The notes: generated from the letters alone by a model not told the origin. A DNA stretch of 56,701 bases from an uncultured Gammaproteobacteria bacterium (GCA_964592785.1 CAZQHU010000006.1:1-56701); one strand, 5' to 3'; counted from the stretch's first letter, positions 8,626-18,348 are shown. Translations and numbers: made by a program.

Positions 8626-9297
8626 ATGCAAATCATTCCTTCAATTTTTGTTACTTCTGAAGCAGAATTTATAAAACAAATAAATGCTGTACAAAATATT
8701 GTTAAGCAAATACAATTGGATATTGCTGATGGAGAATTTGTACCCGCTCAAACTTGGGCTGAACCAGAAATTGTAGAACAAAATTGTAATATCAATGTAG
8801 AACTACATCTCATGGTAAAAGATGCTTGGCTAGAACTAAACAAATGGACTGCTGTAGAAAACATCAGTCGAGTCCTCATACACTTGGAATCAAAAAATCC
8901 TGAAAAGGCGCTGGCCTTTGCCAGGGACAATGATTGGCAAGTCGGACTGGTCTTGAATCCGGAAACCAAATTGTCTGACTTGGAAAAATACTTGGACAAG
9001 ATAGACAGTGTGATGTTTATGGGTGTAAATCCTGGACGACAAGGTCAAAAATTAATACCAGAAGTTCTCGAAAAAATAAAAGAATTTACTTCCCTAAACC
9101 CCACTATATTTACCGAGCTTGATGGCGGTGTCAGTTTAGAATACTTGCCTGAAATAGTCAGGAGTGATATCAAGGCCATTTGCCCAGGCAGTGCTGTTTT
9201 TGGTAATGAAAAAACCCCGGAAGAAAATATCAAAAGTATGCAAGAAATTATTAACAGGTTGACCTCAGACAAGAAACAAGATACAATTTCCAAATAA
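8626..9297 (+). CDS. rpe: Ribulose-phosphate 3-epimerase
   Basis: IIPSI, LDIADGEFVP, ELHLMV, FMGVNPG and LDGGV motifs. Confidence 0.92.
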   Translation: MQIIPSIFVTSEAEFIKQINAVQNIVKQIQLDIADGEFVPAQTWAEPEIVEQNCNINVELHLMVKDAWLELNKWTAVENISRVLIHLESKNPEKALAFARDNDWQVGLVLNPETKLSDLEKYLDKIDSVMFMGVNPGRQGQKLIPEVLEKIKEFTSLNPTIFTELDGGVSLEYLPEIVRSDIKAICPGSAVFGNEKTPEENIKSMQEIINRLTSDKKQDTISK

Positions 9298-9343
9298 TTT
9301 CAGGTCCCAAATTACATCTTGTTTCTTGTTATTTATAATAAAT

Positions 9344-10309
9344 ATGAATTCAACTAAACTATTAGACTTAGTCATCATCGGCGCAGCCGCTGCTGGCTCC
9401 TCAGCCGCAGTCTACGCCGCCAGAAGAAATTTAAATTTTGTTATTGTCAGTAAAGACACTGGCGGAGAAGTCGCTCTCTCTGGAGAAGTAAACAATTGGC
9501 CCGGTGCTATTGCCACTACAGGTTTTCAATTGGCTCAAGATTTTACCAACCATGTAAAATCTTATAATGTGCCTATGGATATTGGTTTTGAAGTAACCAA
9601 AATCCTGCCTGAAAAAAATTATTTTTGGGTTGAGGCCAAAAACATTAGCGGAGAAGAAAAAAAATATCAAACCAAAACAGTGATCGTAGCCAGTGGTATT
9701 CACCCACGACATTTGGGACTGCCAGGGGAAGAAAATTTGCGTGGCAAAGGCGTCACTTATTGCACTGTTTGTGACGGACCTCTCTACCGTGGCAAAGTGA
9801 CTGCCACTATTGGTGCCGGCAATGCCGCTTTGGAGTCTGCTCTCATGATGAGTGGCATCGCCAAAAAGGTTTATCTAGTCACTCGCTACCCCGATAACCT
9901 GGAAAATAAAGGTGGTTTCCCCAAAGGCGAAGATATTTTGATAGAAAAAGTAAAAAATAATCCCAATATTGAAATAATTTATAATGCTGAAACCAAAGAA
10001 TTCATTGTAGATAATTTTTTGACCGGACTTAAATACCTGGATCAAACTAACAATCAAGAAAAAATTATAGAAGTCCAAGGAGCTATGGTGCACATTGGTA
10101 ATAAACCAAACTCTAGTTTTGTTGAAGTCAAAAAAGATCCAATGGGACAAATCGAAGTTGATCAAAAATGCCGAACTTCTATACCAGGAATCTTCGCGGC
10201 TGGCGATGTCACCAGTATTCCCTATAAACAAATTGTTATTTCTGCCGGACAAGGTGTCACCGCCGCTCTCTCTGCAATTGAACACCTCAACAAGTGGAAA
10301 GAAGAATAA
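9344..10309 (+). CDS. trxB: Thioredoxin reductase-like FAD oxidoreductase
   Basis: GKGVTYCTVCDG (CxxC), GAGNAALE and TSIPGIFAAGDV motifs. Confidence 0.9.
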   Translation: MNSTKLLDLVIIGAAAAGSSAAVYAARRNLNFVIVSKDTGGEVALSGEVNNWPGAIATTGFQLAQDFTNHVKSYNVPMDIGFEVTKILPEKNYFWVEAKNISGEEKKYQTKTVIVASGIHPRHLGLPGEENLRGKGVTYCTVCDGPLYRGKVTATIGAGNAALESALMMSGIAKKVYLVTRYPDNLENKGGFPKGEDILIEKVKNNPNIEIIYNAETKEFIVDNFLTGLKYLDQTNNQEKIIEVQGAMVHIGNKPNSSFVEVKKDPMGQIEVDQKCRTSIPGIFAAGDVTSIPYKQIVISAGQGVTAALSAIEHLNKWKEE

Positions 10310-10325
10310 AATAATTTAAATATAA

Positions 10326-10357
10326 AATAACCTTGGCTTCAACCAAGGTTATTTTTT
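10326..10357 (+). terminator. Intrinsic terminator after trxB
   Basis: AATAACCTTGG/CCAAGGTTATT stem followed by a T-run. Confidence 0.7.
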
Positions 10358-10410
10358 AATCTTGACAAAAAATAAAAAACCTGGTAAACAGAAAGTATAG
10401 GAGGTGAATC

Positions 10411-10800
10411 ATGAATCTTCAAGAGCAGGCCAGGCGCCAGGACAAACTTACCAACAAGTACGCGGCGAGGCTCATTTCTTTTGTGCTTCTCGGCTGGGGA
10501 ACTCTGCTCTTTTGGGCATACTCCCATTTCCATCTCTCGATGGAGGAACTACTCCTAACCATCGCCATCCCTGGATCACTCAACATGATCTCGCTCTTCC
10601 TCATCTACATCTGGGTCGACAAGGGCCGAAAGGAGATGGAGAGACGCTGGGATCAAGAATTCAAACGTCTAGAAGACAAGTTGGATATTGAGGTTCTGAT
10701 CCTCAAGGAGATGCAGAAGAACGAAACCTTGAGACAGGCCTTCCAATCTCCCACCATCCCCACACTGTCACCTCAGAAGGCGGAAGAATTGCCTTCCTAG
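10411..10800 (+). CDS. GC-rich orphan membrane protein (2 TM + coiled coil)
   Basis: 129 aa; RBS GGAGGTG; promoter TTGACA-17-TAAACA at 10362-10390. Confidence 0.75.
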   Translation: MNLQEQARRQDKLTNKYAARLISFVLLGWGTLLFWAYSHFHLSMEELLLTIAIPGSLNMISLFLIYIWVDKGRKEMERRWDQEFKRLEDKLDIEVLILKEMQKNETLRQAFQSPTIPTLSPQKAEELPS

Positions 10801-10894
10801 TTTCGAACGAGCGGATGGTCATGATCTCTTAGGCCACTCCGACTCGCCAGGTTCGCAAAAAATTGCTAACCGGGCGAGAGTGGTCTAAAAAAAT

Positions 10895-10925
10895 AAAAAC
10901 TTCCCGAGCAATCGGAAGTTTTTTG
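10895..10925 (+). terminator. Intrinsic terminator
   Basis: AAAAACTTCC/GGAAGTTTTT stem. Confidence 0.65.
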
Positions 10926-10966
10926 TTTTATGTTATAAGCCCGGTGTTTCATGATATAATACTTAC

Positions 10967-12577
10967 ATGCCTAAAACCTTCCAAAAATACTTATTTTTAT
11001 TCTTGCTCTTCGGACTTTTTGCCACGCAATTCTTTTTTATTTCTCCTCAAGGAGAATTCCCCTTAAATGATGATTGGGTACACACTGATACCATCCTGCA
11101 TTGGGCCAAGACAAATGAATTTAGACTAATGCCTTTTGCCGGACCAACTTTTTATATTCCCATTCTCTACGGCACTGCTATCACCAAAATTTTTGGATTT
11201 TCTTTCACTCTATTGCGGGTCTCTACTCTTATCCTGGCGATAATTCTACTTTTTACTTTTTACTTTCTACTCAACCGCCTCTCCAACAAACCCACCCTTG
11301 CTTTCATTGGCACCTTGCTACTCTGGTCCAATCCCATTTTTTATAATCTCTCCTTTACTTTCATGACCGACATACCGGCTTTATTTTTTTTGGTCATCTC
11401 TATATATTTTTATTACTCTGGATTTGAAAAAGAAAATAATAAATATTTATTTTGGGGTACTATTTTTGGTTTATTTTCAGCTTTTACCAGACAAACCGGA
11501 ATTTTGATTATTATCGCCGCTCTTCTTTATATTTTATTTTATCTCCGCAATTTCAAATTCAAACAATTACTTTTGTCTTTTGGATTGCCTCTGGCTATAG
11601 CGGGGGCGATATACACTTGGCTAAATATTTATGGCTTCCTGCCTCAAAACACAGGTAGCCACAGCATAGAGGGGGTTTGGCGACTCTTGGGTCACATCAA
11701 ATGGTGGCTTTTCTACATACCAATTTATTTGGGGATCTTCACTTTGCCACTAACCTTGGGCTGGTTTTTCAAGCACCATTCGCATTGGTTTAAAAAAAAC
11801 TTTTTAATAATATTATTTACAATTAGCGGACTGACGATCTTGATTAGGCAAATCTGGCATTTACAATTTCCTTATATTGGTAATATTATTTCTTACTACG
11901 GTCTAGGTCCAATGAAAAATGTGCTTTCAGGGCAACTCGCTCCTCAAATGCCCAGCTCCAGCTGGGGAATCATTACTTTATTGGCCGCTATAGGCGCAGC
12001 TCTTATTTTTTATCTTTTAACCACACAAAAAAGACACAACCGTGAGCCAGTCGGCTTTGTTTATTTATTTGGATTTTTTTATTCAATTCCCTTATTAATT
12101 TTTGAAAGTTTTGATCGTTATTTATTGCCTTTATTTTTGATTTTAATAATTGCACTTTTACAAAATATCAAGCATGTAAAATTTTCTTATTTTAGCTCTC
12201 TAATCTTAATTGCTATCTTTGCTTACTTTTCCATCACTCAAACCAAATTTTATCTGAACTGGAACCAAACACGTTGGGAGCTTGCTACCCAAGCAACTGA
12301 ATTAACAGAAGATAAAACTGTCATTGATGGCGGTTATGAATGGGACGGCTGGAATAACTACTGGTCCACACTTGAAAATGAAAAAATTTCTTTTACAGAT
12401 CAAGAAATTCAAAGTAAATTTTGGTGGCAAAGACGCTTTTTTCCAAAAAATTCACCTCTCTATTTTGTTTCTTTTTCCACTCTACCAAATTATGAAATCC
12501 TGGAAACTATAAATCTCCCAGGGGCCAATCCCAATAACAAACTTTATTTGCTAAAACACAATTTGGCGGAAAATTAA
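10967..12577 (+). CDS. GT-C fold (ArnT/PMT-like) membrane glycosyltransferase
   Basis: PLNDDW and FMTDIP motifs, more than 10 TM helices, 536 aa. Confidence 0.8.
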   Translation: MPKTFQKYLFLFLLFGLFATQFFFISPQGEFPLNDDWVHTDTILHWAKTNEFRLMPFAGPTFYIPILYGTAITKIFGFSFTLLRVSTLILAIILLFTFYFLLNRLSNKPTLAFIGTLLLWSNPIFYNLSFTFMTDIPALFFLVISIYFYYSGFEKENNKYLFWGTIFGLFSAFTRQTGILIIIAALLYILFYLRNFKFKQLLLSFGLPLAIAGAIYTWLNIYGFLPQNTGSHSIEGVWRLLGHIKWWLFYIPIYLGIFTLPLTLGWFFKHHSHWFKKNFLIILFTISGLTILIRQIWHLQFPYIGNIISYYGLGPMKNVLSGQLAPQMPSSSWGIITLLAAIGAALIFYLLTTQKRHNREPVGFVYLFGFFYSIPLLIFESFDRYLLPLFLILIIALLQNIKHVKFSYFSSLILIAIFAYFSITQTKFYLNWNQTRWELATQATELTEDKTVIDGGYEWDGWNNYWSTLENEKISFTDQEIQSKFWWQRRFFPKNSPLYFVSFSTLPNYEILETINLPGANPNNKLYLLKHNLAEN

Positions 12578-12625
12578 CAATTTTGCTATAATAAACTTTA
12601 GTTTATATCTCTTAACTATAATTAT

Positions 12626-12934
12626 ATGCTTTTGGAAAATATTTTGCCCTTCTTGCCCCTGGGTCTGGACCAGCTAATATTTTATATTATTGGTGGGCTG
12701 GGAGCTATCATGATAGTTTATGGAATTTTTTTGGAACTAGAAAGACGCCAAGACCTGGTTTTCGCAGTCGGGTCATATTGTCTGTTTATCTATGCCCTCT
12801 ACATAGGTAGCCGTTTATTCGCTGTGGCCATGTTAGGATTTTTTGTGGCCTCAGTTGTAGAGTTCATCGAAATCTATGTCGGCCTCCATAAACACAGCCC
12901 GGAAGATTTAAAACGTTATAAAAACATGCGTTAA
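12626..12934 (+). CDS. Small hypothetical membrane protein
   Basis: 102 aa, about three TM segments; apparently co-transcribed with the kinase. Confidence 0.75.
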   Translation: MLLENILPFLPLGLDQLIFYIIGGLGAIMIVYGIFLELERRQDLVFAVGSYCLFIYALYIGSRLFAVAMLGFFVASVVEFIEIYVGLHKHSPEDLKRYKNMR

Positions 12935-12935
12935 T

Positions 12936-13913
12936 ATGTTTGATGTCATTACTATAGGCGACTGCATGCTAGATACTTTTTTGGTCATTGATCACGAAGA
13001 AGCACGCTTGCAATGCGACCTGAATAAAGAAAATTGTTTACTTTGTCTCAATTATGCTGACAAAATCCCTATCCGCGAAACCGGACAGTCTGTTGGGGGT
13101 AATGCTGCCAATCTGGCAGTTGGTTTAAAAAAACTTGGATTAAAAACCGCTATTGTTAGCGAATTGGGAGATGACATCAATGGCCACATCATCAAAAACG
13201 AGCTGGAAAAATCTTCGGTCAATACCACCAATCTAAAAATTAATGCTGGCCAAGAAACTCGTTATTCCATTATCTTGGGCTACCAAGCAGAAAGAACGGT
13301 TCTTTCCTATTACACCAAGAGAAATTATCGTTTACCCACCCTCCCTCCAAGTCGTTGGATTTATTACACTTCACTTGGCCAAGGCTTTGAAAAATTGCAA
13401 GATCAATTAACCAAGCATCTACAAAAAAATCCTCAAACTAAGTTAGCCTTAAACCCTGGTTCCTACCAATTGAAAAAAAATCTACCAAAAATAAAACAAA
13501 TTTTGCCAAAAACAAATTTGTTATTTGTAAACAAGGAGGAAGCGGCTCGCTTGGTCGGCAAAAAGAAAAAAATTACCGAATATTTTACTGCCCTGCACAA
13601 GTTGGGTATTGAAATGGTGGTTATTACCGATGGCACGAATGGTTCCTATGCCAGCAATAAACAAGAGCAATATTTTATGCCCATCTTTCCTATTCCAGCG
13701 GTAGACAAAACTGGAGCCGGGGATGCCTACGCCTCGGGTTTCCTGGCCGCCCATCTTGAAAATAAAAAAATGAATGAAGCTATGTACTGGGCTACAGCCA
13801 ATGCCGGCGGGGTAACCAGAGAGATTGGAGCAGAGCACGGTCTTTCCAATCAAGCTGGCATAGAAAAAATTCTCAAAAAATACCACAATATAAAAGCCAA
13901 AAAAATCTCCTAA
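12936..13913 (+). CDS. PfkB-family carbohydrate kinase
   Basis: GGNAANLAVGL and VDKTGAGDAYASG motifs. Confidence 0.93.
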   Translation: MFDVITIGDCMLDTFLVIDHEEARLQCDLNKENCLLCLNYADKIPIRETGQSVGGNAANLAVGLKKLGLKTAIVSELGDDINGHIIKNELEKSSVNTTNLKINAGQETRYSIILGYQAERTVLSYYTKRNYRLPTLPPSRWIYYTSLGQGFEKLQDQLTKHLQKNPQTKLALNPGSYQLKKNLPKIKQILPKTNLLFVNKEEAARLVGKKKKITEYFTALHKLGIEMVVITDGTNGSYASNKQEQYFMPIFPIPAVDKTGAGDAYASGFLAAHLENKKMNEAMYWATANAGGVTREIGAEHGLSNQAGIEKILKKYHNIKAKKIS

Positions 13914-13938
13914 TTAGGAGATTTTTTTATTTTCATAC

Positions 13939-14640
13939 TCAACCTTGATAAAGTCTTTTAGTTTGTTTCCTTTCTTCAATATAATCTTCGATATTATTCA
14001 ACTCTTGAGGATATCTATGTGGTTCCAAAAGACAAAGGCCAAACTCAAACGCCCGCACTTGAGAACGGATTTCTTCTGCCACCTGAGGATGTTCCTCTTC
14101 ATCTTCAGCCATTATCCGTAAATGTCCCAAACGTTTTTCAATATCATCAAAAATGTTTTGAAAATCGACCACCAATGCTTCATATTTTTTACGATCAGTG
14201 GTGAGCACAGCCTGTTCAGTATGATGTCTTATTTCCATGTCAATTTCCAATAAATAAGATATCAAAACACTCCGTTCCTCTGCTTCAAAAAAATTAATTG
14301 GTCCTCCCAAACGCAAATCATGGTAAGTCGCTCCATGTTGTTTAAACTCCTCATAACGACGTTTCAAACTAGGAGAGAGTTTTCCCAAAAGAAATTTTTC
14401 ACCCAATTTACCTTGGTAAATTACCAAAAACTCTTGAAAGGCTTTCCAAAAGGGCCAGATTTTTTTGCCCAGAGCGATCACTACATTTTCCACTTCTACA
14501 GGAGAAATAGTATAGTCATTTTCCAAATGTTCCAAAGCATGCTGGGCTTCTTTTTTTATTTCTTCTGGCAACAAAGGCGGTAAATGATTTACATACTGAC
14601 GAAAAAGATTTATTGTATGTTTGATAGTAGCATGTTGCAT
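13939..14640 (-). CDS. Hypothetical helical protein
   Basis: 233-aa ORF with normal codon usage; no recognised motif. Confidence 0.75.
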   Translation of the reverse strand: MQHATIKHTINLFRQYVNHLPPLLPEEIKKEAQHALEHLENDYTISPVEVENVVIALGKKIWPFWKAFQEFLVIYQGKLGEKFLLGKLSPSLKRRYEEFKQHGATYHDLRLGGPINFFEAEERSVLISYLLEIDMEIRHHTEQAVLTTDRKKYEALVVDFQNIFDDIEKRLGHLRIMAEDEEEHPQVAEEIRSQVRAFEFGLCLLEPHRYPQELNNIEDYIEERKQTKRLYQG

Positions 14641-14678
14641 ATGGTTCTATTATAACAAAAAAACGGATTTAATTAAAT

Positions 14679-15377
14679 TTATTTGCCTAAATTTAAAAAA
14701 TCTCTCCAGCGCAAATACAATTCTCGTGTCGCCTGCAAATCACCAGCACAATAACGAGCAATCTTTTTGTATTCTTCATTTTTAAACATTGGCCCCACAT
14801 CATGCCCGGTCACACCATGAGACTTGGGTGACTCTATGCCAAAAGCTTTACAATAAAAATCCAAATTAAATTTACGAGCGGCATTATAAAAAGTTAATTG
14901 TTCAAGAAGATCAATATGCTGGTCAGCACTATAACGATAAGGCATCAAATTTTTACTAGGTTTGACCCCCAGCATGGCCGAACGAAGCATGAGGACCGGA
15001 CAATCAAAGCCCCGACCATTGAAAGTAACAAATTTATTGGCATGAGCGATGGCCGACCAAAATTTTTCCAAAATTTCTTTTTCATCTCCTGACCAATACT
15101 TGATGCCATTTTCCTCCCATTCTTCAAGACCAGATGATCGCTTGTCCGCCAAAGCTTTAGCGTCGGCGGAAAAATACATGGCGCCTTTCTCGGTTTCCAC
15201 ACACAACATGCCAATCGCTACAATCTCGTTGGTTGGCGCCCAGAGAGCCATCTGTTCAATAGCCTTGGCTTTTTCTTCTTCACTTTCTGCACCTTTTAGT
15301 AAATAATACTTTTGCGCTTCATCCAAACTCTCAAAATCTTGACCAATAGTTTCAATATCAAAAATTATAGTATTCAT
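14679..15377 (-). CDS. PolB-like 3'-5' exonuclease (RNase H-like fold)
   Basis: IFDIET, TFNGRGFDCP, HIDLLE and YCAGD motifs. Start trimmed to MNTII. Confidence 0.88.
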   Translation of the reverse strand: MNTIIFDIETIGQDFESLDEAQKYYLLKGAESEEEKAKAIEQMALWAPTNEIVAIGMLCVETEKGAMYFSADAKALADKRSSGLEEWEENGIKYWSGDEKEILEKFWSAIAHANKFVTFNGRGFDCPVLMLRSAMLGVKPSKNLMPYRYSADQHIDLLEQLTFYNAARKFNLDFYCKAFGIESPKSHGVTGHDVGPMFKNEEYKKIARYCAGDLQATRELYLRWRDFLNLGK

Positions 15378-15429
15378 AATCATGAGTCTTAAAATCTTTA
15401 AAGTCCATAAAGTCAAAAGATTATATTCT

Positions 15430-15912
15430 TTATAACTTTACAAACCTTGAGACTTTCTGACTTATCTCATACATCGCAATACCTGCCGCCACAGAAACAT
15501 TCAAGCTTTCTTTTTTACCATACATCGGTATGTGCACTACTACATCACATAGCTGTAAAATCTCCTCGTCTATACCATCTACTTCATTGCCCACAACCAA
15601 GGCTAAATCTTTAGTTTCCAAATTTCTCAATTTCTCAATTTCCACACTCGTTTCTATCTTCTCTAACCCAATAATAAAAAACCTCTTCTTTTTCAAATTC
15701 AAAATCAACCTTTTCAAATCTTTTCGCTTCTCCCATGGCATCCAAGTCTCGGCTCCAAGAGAAACTTTATCTATTTGCGGACGAGGAGGACAAGGAGTAT
15801 AACCAACCAAAAAAAGCTTGGTAACCCCGCAGGCATCGGCCGTGCGAAACATCGCTCCCACATTATGACAGGAACGAATATCCGGTAAAATAAGATAAAA
15901 ATCATGTTTCAT
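15430..15912 (-). CDS. SpoU/TrmH-family RNA methyltransferase
   Basis: HNVGAMFRTADACG, GNEVDGI and IPMYGKKESLNVSVA motifs. Confidence 0.93.
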   Translation of the reverse strand: MKHDFYLILPDIRSCHNVGAMFRTADACGVTKLFLVGYTPCPPRPQIDKVSLGAETWMPWEKRKDLKRLILNLKKKRFFIIGLEKIETSVEIEKLRNLETKDLALVVGNEVDGIDEEILQLCDVVVHIPMYGKKESLNVSVAAGIAMYEISQKVSRFVKL

Positions 15913-15988
15913 AAAACATGTTTATTTTCTCATAACCAAGTCAAAAAATCAAAAAACCGTTCTGGCTGAACGGCTTTGTTTAATCTTT

Positions 15989-16114
15989 TCACGTAAAACG
16001 AGGTAGTAAAAGGAAAGTGGCTGCCAAGAGCCCACAACCTGCCAACAAGTAGAAATAAACCAAAGAATAACTATTTTTTGCTCCCCAAGAAGCAAACTGT
16101 TCTTTATTTTGCAT
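15989..16114 (-). CDS. Unannotated 41-aa single-TM protein
   Basis: MQNKEQFASWGAKNSYSLVYFYLLAGCGLLAATFLLLPRFT; promoter TTGACA-17-TATAAT (16260-16232) upstream and terminator (about 15977-15945) downstream. Confidence 0.55.
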   Translation of the reverse strand: MQNKEQFASWGAKNSYSLVYFYLLAGCGLLAATFLLLPRFT

Positions 16115-16324
16115 ATTTTTTATTTTTATTTTTACTTGCCCTTCCGAAGCTGTAGCGAAGAAGGGGTTATTTTATTGATTTGAATTAAATCGGCTACTTT
16201 GAAAGCACTTTAATTAATTCAAAACATGTGTATTATAGCACAAAATTTGCCTTTTGTCAAGTTGTGTCGTACAATATAAAAGAACGATTGATAACCCCCT
16301 TCCAAATACAACAATACAAAAACT

Positions 16325-17272
16325 ATGTCTAAAACCTTATCCAATTATTTGACTGAATTTCTTGAATACCTGGAGATCGAACGCAATCGCAGTGACAAAA
16401 CTTTACGCAATTATGATTTTTATTTAAAAAGATTTACTGGCTGGCTGGGAGGAGACAAAAACCCAGAAGCTATAGACGCAGAAAAAATTCGACAATATCG
16501 TCTCTGGCTCAATCGTCTGGTAGATAATCATGGTGAACCTCTGAAAAAAAATACTCAAAACTACCATCTTATTGCTCTGCGCTCTTTTTTGAAATATTTA
16601 GCCAAACGCGATGTCAAAACTTTGGCTTCAGAAAAAATTGAATTGATGAAAATGCCAGATCGTGATGTTTCTTTTTTGGAAGGTGGCGATCTTAGCCGAC
16701 TATTGGAAGCGCCTATAAAAGAAAATGTTGATAACCAACTTATTCGTTACCGCGACAAAGCCATCTTGGAAATGCTTTTTTCCACTGGACTACGCGTCTC
16801 TGAATTGGTTGGCCTGAAGAAAGATAATCTAAATTTGAATCGTGAAGAATTTACTGTCACTGGTAAGGGGCGCAAAGCCCGAGTAGTTTTCCTTTCCGAA
16901 CAAGCCAAATACTGGCTAAAAAAATATTTGGGAGTCCGCCAAGATCCCAATCCTTTTTTATTTATTTCTCACGATTTACGCAATAGCAAAGGTAAAAAAG
17001 AAGTGACCGATCAACCACTAACAACCCGTTCAGTGGAAAGAATCGTTCGCAAATATGCACGTAGCGCCGGTATCACCAAAGCTGTCACCCCCCACACTCT
17101 ACGCCATTCCTATGCCACTGATTTATTACAAAATGGTGCAGACATTCGAAGTGTCCAAACTATGCTGGGCCACAGCTCCATCACAACCACCCAAATTTAT
17201 ACCCATATTACTGATAAAGAATTGAGAAATATTTACAAAAAATTTCATGGGAAAAATAGAGGAAATAATTGA
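16325..17272 (+). CDS. XerC/XerD-like tyrosine recombinase
   Basis: SAM-like N-terminal domain; TGLRVSEL, GKGRKAR, HTLRHSYAT and LGHSSITTTQIY catalytic motifs. Confidence 0.93.
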   Translation: MSKTLSNYLTEFLEYLEIERNRSDKTLRNYDFYLKRFTGWLGGDKNPEAIDAEKIRQYRLWLNRLVDNHGEPLKKNTQNYHLIALRSFLKYLAKRDVKTLASEKIELMKMPDRDVSFLEGGDLSRLLEAPIKENVDNQLIRYRDKAILEMLFSTGLRVSELVGLKKDNLNLNREEFTVTGKGRKARVVFLSEQAKYWLKKYLGVRQDPNPFLFISHDLRNSKGKKEVTDQPLTTRSVERIVRKYARSAGITKAVTPHTLRHSYATDLLQNGADIRSVQTMLGHSSITTTQIYTHITDKELRNIYKKFHGKNRGNN

Positions 17273-17338
17273 CAAGGACGATATTTTATTGTAATATTTC
17301 CTCATCGCCAAATTACAAATGTTTTAAAATTTGTGCTT

Positions 17339-17410
17339 GGCCCCGTAGTTCAATGGATAGAATAGAAGCCTTCTAAGCTTTAGATCTTGGTTCGATTCCA
17401 AGCGGGGTCA
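17339..17410 (+). tRNA. tRNA-Arg(TCT)
   Basis: GGCCCCG/CGGGGTC acceptor; GAAGC-CT TCT AA-GCTTT anticodon arm; promoter TTGACA-17-TAATAT at 17269-17297. Confidence 0.96.
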
Positions 17411-17436
17411 CGAAGATAATTCTTAATATATAATCT

Positions 17437-18174
17437 ATGCTAGAAACAATCATTACCGTCGTCTTGGTGATTTTCTTGGTCAGTATTCGCCAGGTAAATC
17501 AATATCAACGCGGCGTCAAATTTCAACTTGGTAAATTCGTCAAAATCATTGAACCAGGTTGGAGAATCGTGTTACCGGTCATCCAAAGTATGACCAAAGT
17601 AGATATCCGCACCAAAGCTGTGGATGTTCCTTATCAAGAAGCTATCACCAAAGACAATGTCTCGACCAAAGTCAATGCTGTGATTTATTACAAAGTTTCA
17701 GACGCTGGAAAAGCTATTTTGGAAGTAGAAAATTTTTGGTTTGCTGTTTCTCAGCTAGCACAAACTACTATGAGAAATGTCATCGGCCAAATGGAACTAG
17801 ATGAACTTTTGGCCAATCGTGAAAACGCAGCTCAAAGAATTAAAGAAATTATTGATGGTGCCACCGACAACTGGGGTATAAAAGTGGAAAGCGTAGAATT
17901 GAAAGACATTGTCCTACCAGAAGATATGCAAAGGGTGATCGCCAAACAAGCTGAAGCTGAAAGAGAAAGAAGAGCGGTAATTATCAAATCCAGCGGTGAA
18001 GTAATCGCTGCCGAAAACCTTTCCAAAGCGGCAGCTACACTCTCCAGCGCTCCTGGGGCACTACATTTACGCACACTCAATTCTATCAATGATATTTCTT
18101 CTGACCAGTCCAATACTATAGTCTTTGCTGTACCTCTGGAAATTCTCCGAGCCTTTGAAAGGATAAATAAATAA
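17437..18174 (+). CDS. SPFH/band-7 (stomatin-like) protein
   Basis: N-terminal TM; ITKDNV, AQTTMRNVIG, WGIKVESVELKD and AEAERERRA motifs. Confidence 0.93.
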   Translation: MLETIITVVLVIFLVSIRQVNQYQRGVKFQLGKFVKIIEPGWRIVLPVIQSMTKVDIRTKAVDVPYQEAITKDNVSTKVNAVIYYKVSDAGKAILEVENFWFAVSQLAQTTMRNVIGQMELDELLANRENAAQRIKEIIDGATDNWGIKVESVELKDIVLPEDMQRVIAKQAEAERERRAVIIKSSGEVIAAENLSKAAATLSSAPGALHLRTLNSINDISSDQSNTIVFAVPLEILRAFERINK

Positions 18175-18222
18175 TAAACAAAAAAATAAAATCCTCCCAA
18201 TCATCTGTTGGGAGGTTTTTTT

Positions 18223-18299
18223 TGGGGTGAGTGACCGGAGTTGAACCGGCAACCGCTGGGACCACAACCCAGTGCTCTAACCATTGAGCTACACCCACC
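18223..18299 (-). tRNA. tRNA-His(GTG)
   Basis: G-1, anticodon arm CTGGG-TT GTG GT-CCCAG, encoded CCA. Confidence 0.96.
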
Positions 18300-18348
18300 A
18301 TATCTGTATGGTCCCAATTTTACATTTTTTTCTTACTAAAGTCAAGAC

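Noticed and set aside
16325-17410. Tyrosine recombinase next to tRNA-Arg as a prophage/ICE integrase or as the integron integrase
   Set aside because: It looks like a housekeeping Xer. No duplicated tRNA end or phage genes were seen, it lacks the IntI-specific insertion, and it is 12 kb from the cassette array.
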